From Octopus sinensis (Eukaryota), in assembly GCF_006345805.1 (NCBI RefSeq), contig NC_043006.1, positions 55,986,001 through 56,050,000 on the forward strand: a stretch of DNA of 64,000 nucleotides, written 5' to 3'. A program made the translations under genes and the position numbers. Under the pieces are notes generated by a model. That model worked only from the letters and a program-made list of their open reading frames with translations, did no database searches and was not told the DNA's origin. Positions 27,006-39,399 of the stretch are shown here, in pieces; within the stretch, counting starts at the first letter, position 1; each line of letters opens with the position of its first letter.

Positions 27006-27177
27006 ATAGTATATTTTCCCACCTGCGAGGAAGCGATGCAAGATGTGTCGAAACGATCGTAGTGATAAATATTTTCCAGTATATTCTATCTTGAGTATCC
27101 ATTGCTTCTATTCTGTGCGTGTGTGTGTGTTTGACGATAATTGCACGATCTTTGCAGATGATTGCCCTCTCATTGTG

Positions 27178-27269
<92 letters not shown>

Positions 27270-27513
27270 CTGTTACATTCTAGGTAGTACCAAAATGTAT
27301 TCTCTCGACTGAGAAATAAATATTTTTTAATATACGCATTCAGATAAAAGCTATTGATAGTTTTATGACATGGAAATATGTTAATGCGGCAGATTTATAT
27401 AACGTGCCTTATGTCTCCAAACAATCCTCATTTTCATGTACAACTAAGCAGGTGCACTGAACCCGAACGATTGGTTGCAGACACAAGACACGTTATATAA
27501 ATCTGTCAAATTA

Positions 27514-28790
27514 CACTGGTCAACAAAATGAAACTTTTTTTAATCATCAGAGTTGCTGATTGACGTTCCTGGGTTAATTTTTGATACTGATTACGAATCT
27601 GAAGTCCGATTCCCTCTATCAGGTCACATTTTCATGTTAATGATACCTGCCGCTTTAACTTATAGTATTCGTAATGCATGTCTATATAAAGTATATTCAA
27701 TACAAGATATGATAATTTCATGGTTTGTTATTGTACAAAATTCAAATTGTGTACAAATAAGTTGGAATACACCAAAAGCATAACAACTTAAAATCTTTGC
27801 GATTTGGACTTTCTATGGTGTTTTGTCTCAGGTTCATCCCTGTATAACATCCAACAGCAGTCAGCTAACATTCCTGCATTCCAAAATCCTTGATATCGTT
27901 GTTCCATCGATGCAATATATTGATGAAAAAGTTCCTCTTGCTTATTAGACGCTGCTCCAAGGCTTTCTGCAAAAAAGTCCAGATGTGAATCAAGGAAATG
28001 GACTTTTAGTGACATCCGACAGCCCATTGCAGCGTAGGAGTCTAGAAGGCCTTTCACTCCATTTCTAGAGATCTCTTGTTGCCTAGGAAATTTTCAGAGA
28101 CATTTGAAGGATTCCCAGGCTTTAAGCTCAATCTCATCCAGTGCTGTGAGGAAGTGGTTGTCCTTCAGGAGTTCTTTTATCTGCAGACCTATGAATACGC
28201 CCTCCTTCAGTCTTGCCTCGATGATTTTTTGGAAATTTGGCCTTCATATATTCAAAAACTTTTGAGCTTTTCCTGGTGGCTTCACGAATTGTTTCATGAG
28301 GCCAAGCTTTATGTGAAGAAAGAGAAGAACATTTTCTGGATTTAAAAGTGCTTACTCCGGACGCTACAAACTCAAGGCTCATATGATTTTCGCAAAGGCC
28401 TCTCTCATTGTACATAGTGCTTGTTAGTTGCACAACTGTGCCATAAGCATAAAAAGCAACAATATTTCGTGAACCCAGATTGCATTCCTATCAACTTTCC
28501 AATCACCTTCAAGTCTCCATATATTTTCTGGCTGTAGTTTGTATACTTTATGGCATTGAGGAGTACGTGCATGTTTTCATAACACTTCTTCACGTGCACT
28601 GAATGTCCTATGGGAATGAATGGTTTCTTATTGCCGTTGTGTAGTAGTACTGCATTGAGGTTTCTCTTAGATGAATCAATGAATAAGCACCATTCAGCTG
28701 GAACATGCTCTTGGAACAAACAGCGAAATAACTCATCAGTGTTATTACTGAAATAAAGTGGTCCATCAACAGAGAAGCATGAAGTCAGAT

Positions 28791-28795
<5 letters not shown>
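27514..28795 (-). mobile_element. Chapaev3-like (CMC) DNA transposon relic
   Basis: Transposase fragments LFIDSSKRNLNAVLLHNGN, GDLKVIG..QSGFTKYCCFLCLW and MSLKVHFLDSHLDFF..RYQGFW. Terminus CACTGG after TTA; the empty site AAATTATCG is in the mirror arm near 58072-58080. Family assignment is from recall. Confidence 0.7.
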
Positions 28796-28860
<65 letters not shown>

Positions 28861-28861
28861 C

Positions 28862-29460
28862 CAACACACCTTGAAACCTAGGTCCGTGTGTGGTATCGGC
28901 TTCTTGGTGAGTGATCTCCCTTTGCAAGATAAAGGACGCCGTGATGGCGTCAGGCCTATCTGGTGATGTTGATGTTCGCCTGGGGCTAAATGCAACAGTG
29001 ACACCCCCACCACCCTGCCCTGTCCCTAGCCATATTCGGTTGGCTAATATCCCTTATATTACGGAGCAGTCACTGTCTATATCTCATTTAGAGAATTATT
29101 ATTGCTGTCGAACGGATTTTCGAAATCAGTAAATGTATTTACTTTAAAATCCTTATATGTATCTTGCAAAGTTGGTCGTTCATCGAGAAGCGATGCCTAC
29201 CACACGTTGATAATAGGCAACACACCTTGAAACCTAGGTCCGTGTGTGGTATCGGCTTCTTGGTGGGTGATCTCCCTTTGCAAGATAAAGGACGCCGTGA
29301 TGGCGTCAGGCCTATCTGGTGACGTTGATGTTCGCCTGGGGCTAAATGCAACAGTGACACCCCCACCACCCTGCCCTGTCCCTAGCCATATTCGGTTGGC
29401 TAATATCCCTTATATTACGGAGCATTCACTGTCTATATCTCATTTAGAGAATTATTATTG

Positions 29461-29462
<2 letters not shown>
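28862..29462 (+). repeat. 356-bp-period direct repeat between (TA)n tracts, with partial hammerhead motif
   Basis: 28862-29105 repeats at 29218-29462; both contain GAAAC-CTAG-GTC. Confidence 0.75.
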
Positions 29463-29513
<51 letters not shown>

Positions 29514-29723
29514 AAATAGAAAGATGAATAATCTTGTAGTAGATTAATCAAAAGTTTAACCGATACCTTAGTAGCAAAAATCACAGCAGTAAACAGCACG
29601 GTTGGAGGTACAACCATATGGTGTTGCAACCGTGCGTTGGTGCGGATAATTGAAATTAAAACATTATTGGTGAATTGAAGAAATGGAGCTGAACGCAGAT
29701 TGAACAGAAATCGTTTTATTTCA

Positions 29724-29803
29724 TTCTACACGTGTTTCGAAAGGCACAAATTACCAAAATCCGATTAAATAATGGGACCATATTGTGTCTTTCTCTTCAG
29801 GAA
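29724..29803 (-). ncRNA. Type I hammerhead ribozyme motif
   Basis: Reverse complement of 29985-30064. Confidence 0.75.
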
Positions 29804-29984
29804 GAAAATAGGAAATCCGTTGGAAAAACAAAAACAGAACAGAGGCGGAGCAAAAACAAATCGAACTATGCTCCTAAGAGCCCATGGCAAAACTGTTTCG
29901 CCATGGGCTCTTAGGAGCATAGTTCGATTTGTTTTTGCTCCGCCTCTGTTCTGTTTTTGTTTTTCCAACGGATTTCCTATTTTC

Positions 29985-30064
29985 TTCCTGAAGAGAAAGA
30001 CACAATATGGTCCCATTATTCAATCGGATTTTGGTAATTTGTGCCTTTCGAAACACGTGTAGAA
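29985..30064 (+). ncRNA. Type I hammerhead ribozyme motif
   Basis: TTC-CTGAAGA-GAAAGACACAA..TTGTGCCTTTC-GAAAC-ACGT-GTA-GAA; palindromic loop III; predicted cut after 30061. Confidence 0.78.
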
Positions 30065-30122
30065 TGAAATAAAACGATTTCTGTTCAATCTGCGTTCAGC
30101 TCCATTTCTTCAATTCACCAAT

Positions 30123-30206
<84 letters not shown>

Positions 30207-30391
30207 TATGTAACATTATTGGTGAATTGAAGAAATGGAGCTGAACGCAGATTGAACAGAAATCGTTTTATTTCATTCTACTAAGGTATCGGTTAAACTG
30301 AGTTTCGCCATGGGCTCTTAGGAGCATAGTTCGATTTGCTTTTGCTCCGCCTCTGTTCTGTTTTTGTTTTTCCAGCGGATTTCCTTTTTTC

Positions 30392-30471
30392 TTCCTGAAG
30401 AGAAAGACACAATATGGTCCCATTATTCAATCGGATTTTGGTAATTTGTGCCTTTCGAAACACGTGTAGAA
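30392..30471 (+). ncRNA. Type I hammerhead ribozyme motif
   Basis: Same sequence as 29985-30064; predicted cut after 30468. Confidence 0.78.
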
Positions 30472-30796
30472 TGAAATAAAACGATTTCTGTTCAATCTGC
30501 GTTCAGCTCCATTTCTTCAATTCACCAATAATGTTTTAATTTCAATTATCCGCACCAACGCACGGTTGCAACGCCAGATGGTTGTACCTCCAACCGTGCT
30601 GTTTACTGCTGTGATTTTTGCTACTAAGGTATCGGTTAAACTTTTGATTAATCTACTACAAGATTATTCATCTTTCTATTTCACATATATATATATGTAT
30701 ATATATATGTATGTATATACATATATATATATATGTGTGTGTATATATATATATGCATGTGTGTATATATATATATATATGTCATATATACATGTC

Positions 30797-30870
<74 letters not shown>

Positions 30871-30901
30871 GTATGTGTGTATATATATATATATGTCATA
30901 T

Positions 30902-30975
<74 letters not shown>

Positions 30976-31573
30976 AATCCAAACATGAAGAAGCAAGAAA
31001 AAACAACAATGCGTGGACGGGGAATAAGTACAGTGTTATTGGACGATGAGGAAAAGAAAGAGGATTTCACGTTGCGAGCGGAGCTCTTCATCAGAAATAT
31101 AGAAAAAAGTCCAAAAAAGGAAAGCCGGAGAAAGAAAATCGCAGTCACATGTTGAAATGACCGGAAGGGAACGGATGAAGAAAAATTTCTTTCAAAACAA
31201 GAAAATGCAAGAGAAGGAGGTATGTGTGTGTATGTGGAGGCACATGGCTTACTGGTTAGAGCAGCGGACTCGCGGTCGAGGGATCGCGGTTTCGAATCTC
31301 AGACCTGGCGATATGTGTGTTTATAAGCGAAACACCTAAGCTCCACGCGGCTCTAACAGAAGGTAATGGCGAACTTCTGCTGACTCTTTCGCAAAAACTT
31401 TCTCTCACTCTTTCCTCCCGCATCTTGTGCGTGCGGGCAGGTCTGTGTGTGTGTGTAATACATGCATAATACATGCATGCATACATACATACATACATAC
31501 ATACATACATACATACATACATACATACATACATACATACATACATACATACATACATACATGCATGCATGCA

Positions 31574-31605
<32 letters not shown>

Positions 31606-31669
31606 CATACATACATACATAATACATACATACATACATACATACATACATACATACATACATAATACA

Positions 31670-31701
<32 letters not shown>

Positions 31702-31716
31702 CACATACATACATAT

Positions 31717-31747
<31 letters not shown>

Positions 31748-32210
31748 CATACATACATACATACATACATACATACATACTGTATGTATTACAATACGCA
31801 AAAATAAAATTAGCTAAACAACAGCATACCTCCTTGACACTATTGTTGCTATGTGATTTCTCTTATCATTCATTCATGCATACATACATACATACATACA
31901 TACATACATACATACATACATACATACATACATACATACATACACACATACAGTATGTATGATAAAGAAAACACTATAAACTGTGAGAGAGAAATCCCAT
32001 AGAATCAATAATGTCAAGGAGATATGCGGTGGTTATGTTAATCTTATTTTTACATATTGTAATAGACACATTAACACATGGACAAGTAAAGACACGGGAT
32101 TTATCAAGTTAATACTATGATACACAAACCATAGATATCTTCCACTTAATGGATGCTAGGAAAACCTTACAACCCAAATATTCAATTGCTTATAGTCATG
32201 CTCGAGCATG

Positions 32211-32301
<91 letters not shown>

Positions 32302-32476
32302 TATATATATGTATATGTACATACATAGGAGTGGCTGTGTGGTAAGTAGCTTGCTTTCGAACCACATGGTTCCGGCTTCAGTCCCACTGCGTGGCAGTTT
32401 GGGCAAGTGTCTTTTGTGTATATGTGAGTGTATGTGTGTGTATTATTATTATTATTATTACTTTTACTATTACTAC

Positions 32477-32534
<58 letters not shown>

Positions 32535-32639
32535 GTCGTAGGAGTGACTGTGTGGTAAGTAGCTTGCTTTCGAACCACATGGTTCCGGGTTCAGTCCCAC
32601 TGCGTGGCAGTTTGGGCAAGTGTCTTCTACTACAGCCTT

Positions 32640-32875
32640 TTTGTAGGCAACGTTTCTTGTTTTCCCCTCTGTTGCACAAATGTATAGACTTTGCGGCCTG
32701 CCAACACGAGAACATCAAACGTAAATTTGACCGTGGGAGAACACTTACTCTGCAGATTTAAACCAACCATTTGCAACGATTGACCCTGTGCCTTATTTAT
32801 TGTCATTACAAAGGAGAGTTTGATAGGAAATTGAAGCCGCTTAAAGTTGTAGATCGTATCGGAGGGAGTGGACGT
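32640..32875 (-). mobile_element. Helitron PIF1-helicase C-terminal fragment
   Basis: FKRLQFPIKLSFVMTINKAQGQSL motif. Confidence 0.8.
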
Positions 32876-33041
32876 GGGTGTGTATATGTGTGTGTATGTG
32901 TTTGCGTGTGTGTGTGTGCGCGTGAGTGCGTGCTTGCGCGTGTGTATGTGAGAGAGAAAGAGGGCGAGAAAAAGAGATAGAGTGAGTGAGTGAAGGTGTT
33001 TGTCGTGAGGATTGACGTCTTTTAAGGCACACACACACATA

Positions 33042-34371
33042 CACTGGCGAAAATAAATTTAAGACAAATGATAAAAGTTCTATTTCTTACAAAATATTTT
33101 GTTACTAACACCATACAAATTATTTATATCTTTTACACCTTATGCAGAATTTATTTCTCTTTCGAATGATGCAGATAATAACTATTTTTATACAATTTGA
33201 AGAATTCGATACTCGGAGACTTGTCAATATAAAGATCGGCAAAGGACTGGCGCCCCAAGAAAAACGACGGCACAGTTGGACTGTCGAATCGACCGACTTT
33301 CGGAAGGCAACCGAATGCTGACAACCGTTGACATTTGTAAACAATTGTCGAACGAGAATGGAGTTATTTTTACGCCACAATCCGTCCGCAACCGTTTGTG
33401 AGAATTTGGACTATACGGACAAATCGCTAGGAAAAAACGAATAATATCCGAAAGAAATCGACTCAAACGCCTTAATTTTGCAAAAAGCCATGCTCAGTGG
33501 ACTGCCGAAGATTGGTGCAGGGTCCTTTGGAGTGACGAGTCACGCTTCTGTATATTTGGATCAGATGGTAAAACATACATCAGGCGTCGCTCAACCAAGG
33601 AATTCCGTCTGAAATGCGTGAAAAAGACAGCGCAAGCGGGTGGTGGGGTTGTGGTGGTGTGGGCGGAATTTATTAGCTTTGGTGTTGGCCATCTAGTTAA
33701 AGTTGATGGAAAGCTAAATAGTGTAAGTTATATGAATCTAGTAAAGGATAATGTTGTACTGTATTTGACTCACCAAATGCCTTCGGGGGCTATTTATCAG
33801 AAGGACAATAGTCTTGTGCACAGAGCCAAAAAGTTATGGAATTTTTTGATCACCATAAAATTGTCGTAATCTAATTGCCTCCCCAGAGCCCGTACCTGAA
33901 TCCGATCGAGAACTTGTGGAATTATGTTTCCAAAAAAGTCCATGCTAAAAAACCATCTAATCTAAAACAATTATTCGATTATATCAATGAAATATGGCAA
34001 AACATTCCCATAGAATTTTGTAATCACTTAGCGAATTCAATGCTGAGGCGTTGTCCAGCCGTTATTAGGAATAAAGGCTATGGCACAAAGTACTAATATG
34101 TATTTCGTTCTTGTTGCTCATTTTTGCTACAATCTTAAGCTTTAAAAAAAATTATAATGATTCGATCTTAAACTAATTTTGCCGGTAAATTTGAAACATT
34201 TATATTGAATTCTTCAAGTTGTATAAAATAGTTATTGTCTGAATCATTCGAAAGAGAAATAAATTCTGCATAAGGTATAAAAGATAAAAATAACTTGTAT
34301 GGTGTTAGTAACAAAATATTTTGCAAGAAATAGAACTTTTATCACCAGTCTTAACTTTATTTTCGCCAGTA
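33042..34371 (+). mobile_element. Tc1-like transposon with long (about 170 bp) TIRs, disrupted transposase
   Basis: TA-CACTGGCGAAAATAAA ... TTTATTTTCGCCAGTA-TA; motifs WSDESRF, YQKDN and PQSPYLNPIENLW. Confidence 0.92.
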
Positions 34372-34928
34372 TACATAGAAAATGTGAGGTAATCGTATAA
34401 AATGTTTACGATAGTTGATTTATGGAAAAGATTATGTTAAATTTTTGAAATGCAAATACGTGAATGAAAATTAAGCTCAGACCTCTACATGGTAGCTAGA
34501 CCTGGTAGAAATAGCAGCCAAATCTCCCTCAAAACACCCTACTGTCTTAATCCGACAATTCTGCCTATCGTGTAGTTTGAATGAGAAATTGTAACTATAG
34601 AGACGCAAGCAAAAGTTGACGTTAAGAATTGCTTTAACAGTTAGAAAATGTTTGACATTTCAATCATCACCAAAAAATGAAGCTGTAAGAATTTATTGTC
34701 TGCAAGAAGTAAAACAGAAATGATTTTTAACTGTACTGCCAAACTTCTGCTACTTAATAACAGACGTATCCAATTTAAGAAGAGTGAAGATAAAAGCTAA
34801 GTGAAGAAGTGTCGAATAAGTAATTCTTATACGCGTACCTTTTTAGAGAAGAAAATGTACCCGAGAGTTATTGTATTGCACCTCCGTATAATCAGAGAGC
34901 AGAAATTGAAGGAAGATATATGAAATAG

Positions 34929-34967
<39 letters not shown>

Positions 34968-35369
34968 CGTGCGTGATTGCGCTTGTGTATGTGAGATAGA
35001 AGAAGAAAGACAGCATAGCGAAAGTTTTGGCTGACTGTCATTTTGTACTCACCTTGTTGCTAGCGAAATGGTATATGCCAGCTGTGTGAGCAACTGATTA
35101 TTTTAATAGCAGAGCAAACGTGGACGTGTGTGTGTGTGCGTGCGTGCTTGCGCGTGTGTATATGAGAGAGAAAGAGGGTGAGTGAGTGAGTGAAGGTGCG
35201 TGTCGTGATGATTGACGTATTTGTACGAACTATGTTTCTGAGAACTATTGTATTGGACCTCTGTGTAATCATTAAAACATTGATTTAATTATGAACACTT
35301 ATGAAGAAGAAATTATACATCAATCCCTATTTTTGTAAGCAGTTGTATCCGTAAAATTTTTTATTGCCT

Positions 35370-37250
35370 TTATCTTTATACTTAAAAATGTCATATGTTT
35401 CCATAGAACACAGCGAAAATAAAGGCAACCTGATTAATAATAGATTTGATCTTAGAGTGTCATGCGGACATAGTGTCACCTGTACTTTTAAATATTTTCG
35501 AAAGAAGCACTTTATACCTCTTCGAATTGTATTGATTGATACTTACTTTTAATATTTCTTATTCCTTTACTGCCCACAAGGGGTTAAACATAGAGGGGAC
35601 AAGCAAGGACAGACAAAGGTATAAAGTCGATTACATCGACACCAGTGCGTAACTGGTACTTAATTTATCGACCTAGAAAGGATGAAAGGCAAAGTCGACC
35701 TCGGGGGAATTTGAACTCAAAACGTAGCGGCAGACGAAATACCCATTTCTTTACTACCCACAAGGGGCTAAACACAGAGGGGACGAACAAGGACAGACAA
35801 ACGGATCAAGTCGATTACATCGACCACAGTGCGTAACTGGTACTTAATTTATCGACCCCGAAAGGATGAAAGGCAAAGTCGACCTCGGCGGAATTTGAAC
35901 TCAGAACGTAACGGCAGACGAAATACAGCTGCGCATTTTAGCCGGCGTGCTAACGTTTCTGCCAGCTCGCCGCCTTTAACTTACTTTTAATATTTTTAGG
36001 CAGAAACTAAAGCACTTTGAACATATTACAATATAATAAAAGCTATATAGTATAGTTAGTTAGCGTGCTAAACAAAGTATATTATCCATATGAATTTTTC
36101 CTGCTTAGTTGATCAACTTTCATCATGGTTTTAGTAATTATTTTATTTATCCCTTTCTTAAAGTGTTTCACCTCCTGATCTTAGTAGTTATAAGAGCCTT
36201 CATGTAAATAGCCCTTCTAATTAAGTACCCCTATGAAACTACAATATCATGTTTGGATTAACACACAAAAATCTTTTAAAACCTATAATATACCCCTTAG
36301 TTTATAATTAGTATATAGTTAGCATGTCCTATAACATCAATATTCCTTTAGCTAATACCAGGCATCAGACTTTATTGATATAAGCTAAATAAATAAATAA
36401 ACAATTTTTAGTTTAAATACTTGAATTATTATACATTTTCTATAAGTCTTCTCTATTGTCAATAAGGTATATATACTTCATCATGGTTTAGTGATTAAGC
36501 TATTTTATTTCTTTTCTATGGTGTTCTAGCCTACCCGATCATTTTATTAATTTATAATAGCATTTATAAGATAAACCTAATTTTTGTACCTCTAAAAATT
36601 CATATTTGGCTTATATAAAACAATACCGGTATCTTCACAACTTAAAATAAACTGCTTAGATTATAATTTAATTAATATATAGTTAGCATGTTCTTTTGCC
36701 ACAGTACTACTTTATTAAATGCCAGTATATGCCAATGATCAATCTTCATAGATATCATTTAATATGTAAGTATTTAAGTATTTAATATGTATAAATATTA
36801 AACTTTTTCTATGTAATTTCTTTTCCTCCCTCTATTGTGGTAAAATTTGGTATATACTCAAAAGCATTCAAAAGAATATTTTATCCTTTTGTTATAATAT
36901 TCTTCTTAATAATCTTCTGAATAACCCTAAATTTTAACTTTATACGAGACGGCAATATTGTTTAGAATATTTAACTATAGTACCCCATGATAAAATTTCC
37001 CCTGTATTATCATCAATGGTTTACTAGAATTTTGGCCATTTAATTGTCAGCTAATCTTGATTTCAGACTTCCTTTACGAAATCTCATTATATTGCTTCAA
37101 ATTAATCTTGATAGTTTTATGAGTATACCCACTATGATTTCTGTCGACTCCTTCAGCCCCTTTCCTAACAGACACTGCTCCTTGTGCTTTGGCTTTAGAT
37201 TTCGATATATAAAGATTTGATAAACAAGACTATAAATTAAAACTGACCCC
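35370..37250. repeat. Unclassified AT-rich repeat block, mirrored at 49335-51790
   Basis: Long inverted match between the two blocks; internal degenerate subrepeats of about 360-370 bp. Confidence 0.75.
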
Positions 37251-37289
37251 AATGTGTGTATGTGTGTGTGTGTGTATATACATGTACAT

Positions 37290-38260
37290 ATGTGAGATAA
37301 TACTTTCAGTATTAATAGTGAAAGTATTAAACTGAAAGTACCTCACATTACAATAGAGATGTTATCGTTTCACTTTCAACACAATGTTGAAATAGTGTAA
37401 AAGATGAGATTGTTCCGTGCTCTCATTAGGCAAAAAGGTGAAATTTTTCGGCCCATGACACTGCATGGACCCTATGTAAGGCATGTGCAAAATTTGAATG
37501 AAATCGGTCGGGGAGTTCTCGAGTTTTATTAATGCACACATACTGACATACAGACAAATAGACAGACAGACATACACACACACACATTCTCAGTTTTATA
37601 TGCATAGATATATCAGAAATTTAATATAGTACATATATATATACATATACGAGCACTCCGTCGGTTACGACGACGCAAGTCCCAGTTGATATAATCAACA
37701 GAACAGCTTGCTCGTGAAATTAACGTGCGAGTGGCTGAGCATTCAACAGACACATGTACCCTTAACGTAGTACTCAGGGAAATTTAGCGTGACACAGAGT
37801 GTGACACGGGTGTCACTTTGAAATACAGGTACTACTCATTTTTGCCAGCTGAATGAACTGGAGCAACGTGAAATAAAGAATCTTGCTCAAAGACATAACG
37901 CGTCGCCGGCAATTGGACATATGACCTTACTAAGCCAAGCGCCTGCATATATATATTTCGCAAAGGACCCGTTCTCACCTCGGCGTGATATATATTTTTC
38001 CACGAGTGTTTTCGAGTGCATTCAACTCGCTGCAAGCCACTTTTTCCGTAAAAGAAAAGTGGATTTCGGAGTTTCCCACCACCGGAGTTTCATGAGTTTT
38101 TGCTTTCCTATTCCAGGTTATTTCGCATACTTTCAACAAATGTGACATGAAAATGACGCGTAAAGAGTTCCCTTCCCCCAGGAAAAGGAAAGATTTGACT
38201 GCTATTTCTAGCATGCCCTACTACCACGCAACAGCTTTATTTGCGATAAGGGACCTGTAA
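37290..38260. repeat. Block (Helitron/DINE-like piece, SINE and other sequence) mirrored at 45610-46695
   Basis: Colinear inverted similarity across three adjacent elements. Confidence 0.8.
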
Positions 38261-38449
38261 AAATTAACACTTCCTTCTCCAAGCTTAGATTCGAAACCGT
38301 ATCTAAGGATTCTGGGTCGTCCATACTACCACGATCAACAGGCGCGAAAGAAGGTTTTCTTTTGTACTGTTAAAAAATGATAAATCATCTCCCTGAATAA
38401 CTGCACTGTAAGTGATGCACAGTCGGTTTAGATAGGACGCCTAGACAGG

Positions 38450-39335
38450 GAAGAAAGTGTCTGCATACGCGAACCGTCATGATGTCAGACGCTTCCGATT
38501 TAGAGATGGTCAGCTCCATTCAAGAAGAATATGAGTCCGTTGCAGGGGCTTGTGACCGAGAATCTGGAGAGAAATGGGCTGAGAGGAAGCTGTCCTTGAA
38601 AGGTCGGCAGAGGTGACGAATGCCTACATCGCCTCCTTTATGTTTTCCATCAGATCTGTGTAGCCGACCAATTTGAAGTGTGGACACCCAATATTATCCC
38701 TATCTGCTGACCTAACAAATAATCTATATAGATGCGATCTGGATGACCCATTGTGATTGCTCCATATCCACACTAGCACATCAGCGAAATTCAATCGATA
38801 ACAGTTAGAAAGCTGGAAGTTTCTGAACGAGTTTTCGAGGCTTTTACATCCCCCTTTTACTACGTACTAAATCCATACAGTCTTCCGTGCGTCCAAAATA
38901 CTATTCCAGCACCCCAGTAGTACTAAAGTGCGAGATGTTCCCAGGAATGTTTCTAGACGCCTGAAGAAATCTGGCTTCCCAGCTCCTGTCGGAGCATACA
39001 CGGCCACCAATCTAAGAGTACTACCTTCATCGCCATTCAGCACCTGAACCACCAACCTACCGTTCGGGTCCAAGAAAATTGCCCTTACTTTGAGATCTAA
39101 TGATTTTCGGAATAACACTGCTATACCGCCGCCTGCTCCTGACAGATCACAAGATGAGAATACCGCGTAGTCTTCGAAAATGGTTGCAAGATCATGTTTT
39201 CCATCAATTTAACGTCTCCCTATTTGATGTGACATCTATATTTAGGGACGTGAAATCGTTGAGCAGCTGACCCTGCTTCCAAGCCGAACCCAGGTCTCGA
39301 ATATTTACACAGTCAACTCTAAGTGTAGCCATTTA
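38450..39335. mobile_element. Rearranged Tx1-like relic (plus-strand RT piece joined to minus-strand endonuclease piece)
   Basis: WAERKLSLKGR on + near 38575; FRKSLDLKVRAIFLDPNGRLVV..LVAVYAP on -, similar to ORF2 at 1028. Confidence 0.75.
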
Positions 39336-39399
39336 ACTGCAAAAGGAGGAAAAGAGACTGCAAAAGGAGGAAAACTAACGTAGCCATGTGATGGATCGA

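Larger units (their letters stand above)
29512..30683. mobile_element. Inverted and tandem array of a hammerhead-bearing (Penelope pLTR-like) unit inside (TA)n
   Basis: Minus copy 29512-29893, plus partial copy 29897-30123 forming a palindrome, and plus copy 30302-30683. Confidence 0.8.

Noticed and set aside
29732-30062. Mirror-image ORFs on both strands
   Set aside because: A by-product of the palindrome, with no protein similarity recognised.
30566-32761. Many ORFs made of YI, CV, HT or MYVC repeats here and throughout the window
   Set aside because: They are translations of (TA)n, (CA)n and (TACA)n microsatellites.
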